Below are positions 26,261 through 33,508 of a DNA stretch of 33,508 nt, piece by piece. A program made the position numbers and the translations under genes. This DNA is from Sminthopsis crassicaudata (taxonomy: Eukaryota). The notes under the pieces were generated by a model. It had not been told where the DNA came from. It did not search any database and worked only from the letters and a program-made list of their open reading frames with translations. The DNA is taken from positions 57,316,066 to 57,349,573 of the forward strand of contig NC_133623.1 of the NCBI RefSeq assembly GCF_048593235.1, in the 5' to 3' direction. The number at the start of each line of letters is the position of its first letter. The stretch's first letter is position 1.

Positions 26261-27419
26261 TGACCACGCTCCAGAGGGAAGATACAACAGCAGAGCGAGC
26301 CCACCCAGGAGGGCCCCAAGACTTTCCTGTCTCTGACCTCTCCCTAGGGAAGGGCTTCCTGGCCCTCTATCCAGCGCAAGAAAGCTCCACGGGGGGCCTG
26401 GGGCCACATCTCTGGACAAGCACCTGATGCAGACGGAGGCCTCCCTCAGCCTCCAACCCCCTTGCTGAGGGGTCCCGAAGGCGGCTCCCCCACCGGGGAG
26501 GGGACCCGGGGTGACAGGGCTAAGGCAAGCCGCCCCAAAGAGAGCAGCCGCCTGACGAGAGCCCCGGTGCTTGGGCCCGCTCAGTCCTTTAATTACTCAT
26601 AGTTACTAAATGAGTGTTTACTTGGTTAGCGACTAAGGGCCTTTCTAGACTCCGGGGCTGGGATGAAGTCTTCAAAAATCCCCAACAACCGCCATGTTTC
26701 TGTGGAGAGGGGAGGAAGGGCTGAACTAGCCCGGCCGTTGGGCTTGGCTGATTAGAAACGGCGCGGCTCCCGGGCCCCCCCGCCCCAATCACAGCCAGTC
26801 CTGTCTTTCAGCTAGGCTGGCATCTCAGGCTGGCTTTAGATTACAATGAGATAATAAAAGCGATTAATAAAAACAAATGGACAAACAAGCCTCAATCAAA
26901 TGCCAGGCTCCTGAGGACAGGGACCATCTCTGCCTCCTTTGGGATCCCCAGAACTTGGCTTAGGGGTTTGGGAGGAAGGGGAGGGGGGCCGGCAGCTCCT
27001 CTCAGCAACCTGCCCAGGTAGGCCTGGCCAAGGACGGCCATTCGCAAACGAGAAAACCGAGGGGCCGCTTCTCTGGCAGACCCGGGGCTCCACCTGGATC
27101 CCCCAACTCCAAAGTCTGTGCTGAAGTCACAGAAAACATCAACAACGTTCAGCAGCTCGGGCTGGCCCGGGGGCGGGAAGGAAGGGGGGTCCTGGGTTCA
27201 GATCTCGGCCCTGCCGACCTTAGTATCCGGTTATTACAGCTCAGGCCTCGCTTTGCCCAGCTGTACCACAGGGAGAACCGGGCTGGCTCCCTCCCTGCCC
27301 CTCCCCCCAGGAGCTCACAGGTGTGAGGGAGTCTCAATGAGAGTCACTTCAAGGAAGGCGTTGGGATCACAGGCTGGGGGGGGGGGGGGTTTCAGAAGGC
27401 CTCAGGGCCACATCCTCTT

Positions 27420-27480
27420 TTAATCGAGGGGGAAGTGAAGGCCAAGAATGGGAAGTGGCCTGCCCAAGGTCACACAGCCC
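27420..27480 (-). mobile_element. MIR-like fragment
   Basis: GAGGGGGAAGTGAAGGCC...GGGAAGTGGCCTGCCCAAGGTCACACAG. Confidence 0.5.
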
Positions 27481-28544
27481 CAGGCAATGGCCGCTCAGGC
27501 CATCCAGTGCAACCTTTTATCCACTAAGACCAGAGAGCTGGGATTCCCAGCAGCCTTGTGGTCCCTGCCACCAACATCAGCAGCAGCTCAGACACAAGGC
27601 GGTCATTCCGGGCCCAGGCCGGGGAAAGCCCTCCCACACCGCTGAAGGCACCTGATGGCACGGCACTGCTCCCCCCACTCCCCAGCCACCAAGCCTGGGC
27701 CTCTGCTGTAAGGCAGGCTCCCTCCATGAGGAGGTGAGAAACCGGCTTGTTGACAGCAGCGCCAAAGAGTTCTTGACCTTACCACATCCTGCCGTCGGCC
27801 CAGCCGCTTCACCACGAGGACCCCGGTGGCCACAGCCTTTGGGGGCCACGGTCAGGGGCAGGGAGGGAGCCTCCCCAGTCTCCTGGGTACAGCTGGAGGG
27901 CAAGTGTTGGAGGGAGGGGATGGCATGGTACAAGATGACTCACCATTAGGAAAAGTGGGGCTGGGAGGAAATGAAGGGCAACACCCCCAACTCACCGACC
28001 CCTGTCACCCCTATTTACCCCAGCTCTTCATCTTCTCTCTTCCCCCTGCCATGCTGAGGCTTCCAGAGGCTTTCCCAGGCAGAAGGCACCGGGGTATTAC
28101 CCTCTGCCAAGGAATCCTTTCAACCTGGCTATGGCTGCAGGGGCATCCGGGCACATGGCAAGGGTCCTCCCGCCATCTGCAGCTCCAAAAAATCAGTCCA
28201 TGAAAAAGCTCCGGACCAAAGGCCCAGGGCCTGACTCTCCCTTCCCCTCTCGAGGGCTGCTTTTTCGGGTGCCCTCGGCTACAATCCTCGCACCAGTCTT
28301 CTGCCACTCCTGGCTGGGCTCCCCGCTTTGAGCCCTTCCCTGTGTGCTCAGCATCAGACTTCTCATTCAAAAAGGGCTCTCCTCACATTCCCCAGAAGTC
28401 ATCCAAAGAATCTGGACACAAAGTCCCGCCCAACCTGGCCTCAACTGCCCCTTCTTCCAGTCTCAATCTCCCACCAGTCCAGGGCAGTAGAACCCAAAGT
28501 GTGTCCTTAAGCAGACCCTGAGTTTTGAGAGACAGTGGAGTGTG

Positions 28545-28650
28545 GTGGAAAGGACCAGGCTCGGGAGTTACAACCCAACTTAGAATCCTGCCCGACGTGG
28601 ACAACACGCGTCACCCTGGGCAGATCATTTAACCTCCCTCAGGTCCTTCA
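28545..28650 (+). mobile_element. MIR-like fragment
   Basis: GTGGAAAG...GTCACCCTGGGCAGATCATTTAACCTCCCTCAGG. Confidence 0.5.
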
Positions 28651-29109
28651 TCCAGGAGGTAAAAGAGCTGAATTAGAGGCCTCGGGGGCGCCTCCCTGTT
28701 CTGACCGCCCCTTTCGGATACCTTTCCATCTCCCCTCCTTTGCTCACATCCTTCAGTTCTACGCTGCTTCCTCACAAGTGCTACCTAGTCAAGCAGGAGA
28801 CAGAGCAGAGGGCTCCTGCTGTTCACTACCTGTTTCATCTGCTAAAGAAGGGGATGGCCTGCAAGACCCCCAAGATCTCTCTGGTCCAGCTCGCTACAGC
28901 CACTGCATTCACCCCATTCGAGAAGTCTTGCTTAGAGGCCTGTTACCGGCCAAGTCCTGGCCCTGCCCTCAAGGAGCAATAGGGACAGAACCAGAGCACT
29001 GGCTCAGCCTTGACACAGGTCTTCCTTCACAAGCCATACCAAGAGCCCCATTTCATATACATAGAACCTAAAATTCCGAGGAATGAGGGGACTTCTCCAT
29101 CCTCATCCA

Positions 29110-29480
29110 GGTAAGCATTAGGACTCTATCACTAACATGTGCTTCACAAGCACCCACTGTGTGCTGGGGACCCAAAAACAAAGAATGACACAATCCCTCC
29201 TTACGAGGAACTTTTTAGGTGCAAACACATCAGAGAGGTGGGAGGAGAGGGAGACACGGGCAGCTGAGAAGAATCAGCAAAGGCCTCCGTGTCCAAGGTG
29301 GCCATTTCGGCTGGTCTCTGGAGACATCCATTACAAAGGCCCGGAGGTGGGAGATGGGAGAATGCGGGTGAGCTGAATGAGAAACGGTGACCACCACGAG
29401 GCTGAGAAGGCAGGCCAAAGCTTGGAGGGTGACTACATGAAGGCATTCTGACAAGCCCAGGGCAGAGTGGGAGAAGCAGG
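29110..29480 (-). mobile_element. Degenerate LINE-2 fragment
   Basis: AAGCACCCACTGTGTGCTGGGGAC..CAATCCCTCC..CAAAGGCCCGGAGGTGGGAGATGG; boundaries approximate. Confidence 0.5.
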
Positions 29481-30457
29481 GGATGCTGAAAAGCAGGTAG
29501 TCTGGAGGGCGGAGCAAAGGGTACTGCCCCCAGAAACTCCCCCCCGCCCCAAACCAGAGCTACCAGGGGGTCTAAGGTGCCAGTTAACCTGCAGAAAACC
29601 AGAGAATGGCTCCTGGCCCCCCCGGATGCTGTAGAAGCCCAGCACGGAGCCAGATCTGGGAGGGAGGGGGGACACTGACAAACTGCAAGAACAAGAAGAC
29701 AGACCTAGGTGACATCCTCCACTTCGGCCTCCAACCCAGAAAACCAGCCTCTGTATCCCCCTGGCCCCCATCCCCACAGCACACATCGACGTTCCTGCTT
29801 GATGGCCAGAGCTTTGAGACCTCAAGCCATGACTTGGGGGCAGAAGGTCCTTATGTGTTTGGGGCATCCGCTCTCGGGACAAGGAGGGCAGAACTGAAGT
29901 TTCCCTATTTGTCAAAGGGTTCACCCCCTCCCATTTTTGAGGGGAGCAAAGCACTGGAAAGAAAGTGGGTTCCCAGACACCTTGTGATAGCCGAATGTGC
30001 AGGAAGAGATGACGGACAGGAGGAAGCAGAGGTATGTGGGAAGTTGTGTGTGCTGCTGCCTGCAGCCAGCCCTGAAACAACACAAAGGGCCTGACGGCAG
30101 GAAGGAGTGACTGGTGGAAGCACGGCCCAGGGGCCAAAGGGGGCCCGCGCACGGGACGGGGCACTTAGCTTCTCTGCTCTGTTACGGGCCGGAGCGGGGC
30201 TCGGGGCCCAAGAAAACACAACTGCCAAGAGAATTCACTGGAGACATTTTCTAAGAAAGGGGCAAAAGGAGGCCCCTTGCAAGAAGCCTGCCTCCTGGTG
30301 CCCCACACAGCGAGATGCACAGGCTGGTCACACGGCCACAATTCCTCCATGTTTGGGCAGAGGGGGGAAAGAATAGCAGCAGCTGAAGCCGGGCAAGGAT
30401 TCCTGCTGGGAGACGGCCTCCAAGGAGGTCTCAGTGCCCATTGGCTGGCTGGGGACC

Positions 30458-30497
30458 ACACACAGCCAGACACAGACAGACAGACAGACACACACAA
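30458..30497. repeat. (CAGA)n/(CA)n microsatellite
   Basis: CACACACAGCCAGACACAGACAGACAGACAGACACACACA. Confidence 0.7.
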
Positions 30498-33049
30498 CAG
30501 GCAATTGCAGGGAGGGCCAGGTCAGCAAACACACCTCCTGTGTACCTGGCCTGTGAAACAAAGGCAGACCTCTGGGAGATTAGTATTCTGAGCGGAGCCA
30601 AAATAACAGGCACAAGGCAGGAAACAAACACCCTGCATGTCTCCCCTCCCCTCAAAATGCCATCAGTGGGGGAGCTTTCAAGGGCAGGCAGATGGAGGCC
30701 TTGAAAGGCTGGGGGAGGGGGAAGGAGAACCTACAACCTGCAGCCAGCCTGCGACCCCTCTAAATCACGGCTGCTTCTCGTCTGATTCGCCCCCCAAGGA
30801 GCCAGGCTCAGGCCCTGCCTCGGTGGGCCTCCCTGCTCTGTGATGACCACAGAGGCGATCCTCAGCAAGTTCCCTTCCTCCTTTCCCCCAAGGCTCGGCC
30901 TGTGCCCAGGTCTGCTTCCCCCAACTGGGGCCTCCTCCTCCCGTCTTTCATCTGGAGGAGGCTGCCACAGCCAACCCCACCCCCGCTCCGGCCTCTCTGG
31001 CGCAGGCCGGAGCCGCTCAGGGTCCTTCCCAGGGAGAGCCCCGAGCAGCTCGCAATCCAATGGGAGGCTGAGCTGGAGCCTCAAGGACTCGGCTCCAAAC
31101 CTTCCGCTTCCCCGGGATGCCCAGTGGCTCCTGCTCCCGCCTCTCTTCCCTCAGCGTATTCTAAGGATGCTGCCTGCCTGCCCAGCCGACCATCAGCTTC
31201 ACGAGCACCCAGCAGAGGCTTGGCACAGAGCAGGCCTTGAACAGACCGCACGCTGAAGACCCCAAAGAGAACAGATGGTCCCGAGGGGCCTAAAAGAACT
31301 TAGGGCTCCTCATTCCCGTGGGGAAGACGCCAATAACCCCCCACCCTAAGTGACAGGGCCAAGGCCCGACCCAGGTCTTTTAGCGCCAAATGATTTGGTC
31401 GGAGGTCTCAGGCTAACCCGAGGCCAGTGGCCCGGGGGCGTTTCCCTCTCGGGCTCACATCTCACTTTCTCAACGCCACCAAAAAGGGCGCCAGCTTGGG
31501 CCCCGCCAGTGCTCCGGGGCCCAGGACAGGCCCTGTCCCTGGGAATCTCGTCTCCAACTCTCTTCCTGAAGAAGGGAAGGAAGGAGAGTCCCTTTTCTCC
31601 TGAAGGGCTGTGACGAGGGCTAAGCCGACCGAGTACGAAGGCCCCTCGAGCCTGGCTGACAGGCCGCCCCCTGGATGAGAGCGGGCCTGGCCAGGCTGCC
31701 CTGCAGACAAAGATAATAAACCGCTATCTGGGGTGGGAGACGGAGGCAGGCCACAGATACAGGAGCTGCCGCCGTCCAAAACAACAAGGCAGCGTCGGGA
31801 GGGACGCAGACCAAAGTGGAAGGGCAGAGAAGCGGCCAAGGGGCGGAGGCCTGCAGAGCCGGGGGCAAACAAGGCAAGGCCAGCCTCTGGTCCCAAAGAG
31901 CTTCCCAACAATGAAGGGTCATCTCCCGGGTGGTCCGCAAGCAGAGGCTGGACAACGAGGCAGGTGGGCTGGGGGCTGGCTCGTGGAGGCCCTTCCAACA
32001 TGGCAGGCTTCGAACGAGGGAGGGAGGGAAAAATGGAACGGAGGGAAACGGGGAGAGCTAGACAGGGCCGGGGCAGAGACAGGGATGGAGCCTGAAGGGC
32101 CCCTGGCCTGGGCACAGACCCAGAGCTCACTCATGGAAGAAACAAGCTGGGGCAGCACCAGGGGGTGAGCAGGGCCTGGAAGTTCCACAGAGGACCTTGG
32201 GACCAGAGGGACTCAGCATCCTGGTGGCCTTCCTGAGCCAGCCAGAAGGTGCCCCGCCCCCCACCTCAGCAGCAGATCCTTCTTCCTTCTCACCTCAACT
32301 TCCCTCGCTCTGTTCATATTCTGTCCCACTGCTCAGCTTCTTGCAAAAACTCTCACAGAACGAGAACCAGAAGTAAGAGAAGAGTCAGCAGCCCTAGCAC
32401 CCCCAGGCTTCCCCAGAGCGCCACTGAGAGGCTCTGTGGAATTCACCCCCGCCCCGGGGAGGCCACGCGCATTAAAGAGCGCCTCGGAGGCCCCCGAGAA
32501 TAAAGCAATCCCCCTTCCCCGAGAGACCGCTCAAATAACTGAAGGCGCAAGAGCGCCAGCGCTGAACTTTCTCCTGCCTAAGGAGGAGCAGCGGAAGGGC
32601 ATCTCCGCCACTCCTCTGAATGACTCCGGCCAGGGCGCGGACGGCCCCGAGCTGAAGGAGCACGGCCCAGCGAGCCCTCGCCCGCCTGCACGCCCCAGCC
32701 GCGGGGGCCACGTGGGCCACGTGGGCAAGCTCGGGCCTCCGCTGACCTGTCGGTCCTGGAGGGCGAGCTCTGCAGTAGCGGCTTCTTAACGACGTTGTGA
32801 GGGTCAAAGGAGACAATGGACACTCTGAAGTTCTATGTAAACGCTGGCTGTTCTTTTCCCTCGCTCCCACGAAGCTTGCTCTATGCCTTCCCACGCACAC
32901 TAGCAAACTCTGTGTGGTACTGATTCAAGGTCTTACTGCTTCTGAGGGCCCCTGCAGAACCCCAGCCAAGGGGAAATTCAAGACACATCTGCTGAATGGG
33001 GGGGGTACATCTCCCCACGTGGACAAGAAACTCCCCGTGGAGAAAGATC

Positions 33050-33290
33050 NNNNNNNNNNNNNNNNNNNNNNNNNNNNNNNNNNNNNNNNNNNNNNNNNNN
33101 NNNNNNNNNNNNNNNNNNNNNNNNNNNNNNNNNNNNNNNNNNNNNNNNNNNNNNNNNNNNNNNNNNNNNNNNNNNNNNNNNNNNNNNNNNNNNNNNNNNN
33201 NNNNNNNNNNNNNNNNNNNNNNNNNNNNNNNNNNNNNNNNNNNNNNNNNNNNNNNNNNNNNNNNNNNNNNNNNNNNNNNNNNNNNNNNNN
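33050..33290. other. Assembly gap (241 N)
   Basis: Run of N. Confidence 1.
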
Positions 33291-33329
33291 CATACTCACA
33301 CTGACACAGACACATACACACACTCCACA

Positions 33330-33505
33330 NNNNNNNNNNNNNNNNNNNNNNNNNNNNNNNNNNNNNNNNNNNNNNNNNNNNNNNNNNNNNNNNNNNNNNN
33401 NNNNNNNNNNNNNNNNNNNNNNNNNNNNNNNNNNNNNNNNNNNNNNNNNNNNNNNNNNNNNNNNNNNNNNNNNNNNNNNNNNNNNNNNNNNNNNNNNNNN
33501 NNNNN
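33330..33505. other. Assembly gap (176 N)
   Basis: Run of N; a 39-nt CA-rich island (33291-33329) sits between the two gaps. Confidence 1.
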
Positions 33506-33508
33506 CAC

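Noticed and set aside
32881-33508. ORFs containing long X runs
   Set aside because: Artefacts of translating through N gaps.

Overview
Vertebrate genomic DNA, not prokaryotic. It is very GC-rich and almost certainly marsupial: it carries MAR1- and WSINE1-type SINEs and L1 3' ends that look dasyuromorph. The window is syntenic with human 19q13.2 and has three genes in tandem on the minus strand. (1) The 5' coding end of TTC9B (227..<1, runs off the window). (2) An intact, compact cyclin P gene (CCNP/CNTD2; 7 predicted coding exons, 2820..782, 345 aa). (3) The full coding region of AKT2 (13 coding exons, 23294..9111, 481 aa; every intron GT-AG and in phase), with a ~2.3 kb 3' UTR and ~10 kb of presumed intron 1. 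The non-coding AKT2 exon 1 was not identified. Nearly all ORF-track entries are GC-rich artefacts or unspliced exon fragments. I found no new biological system. The best leads are: a canonical REST/RE1 silencer inside the TTC9B coding sequence; an 82-nt intron and a terminal exon that complete the CCNP model; a young 121-bp L1 insertion with a perfect 12-bp target-site duplication; an M344T change in the AKT2 kinase domain; splice options that could give AKT2 isoforms lacking the PH domain start or the hydrophobic motif; and 8mer miR-124/137/194 sites in the 3' UTR. Repeat-family calls and human comparisons rest on remembered consensus sequences and need database confirmation. AKT2 exons and residues use human numbering (exon 1 non-coding).
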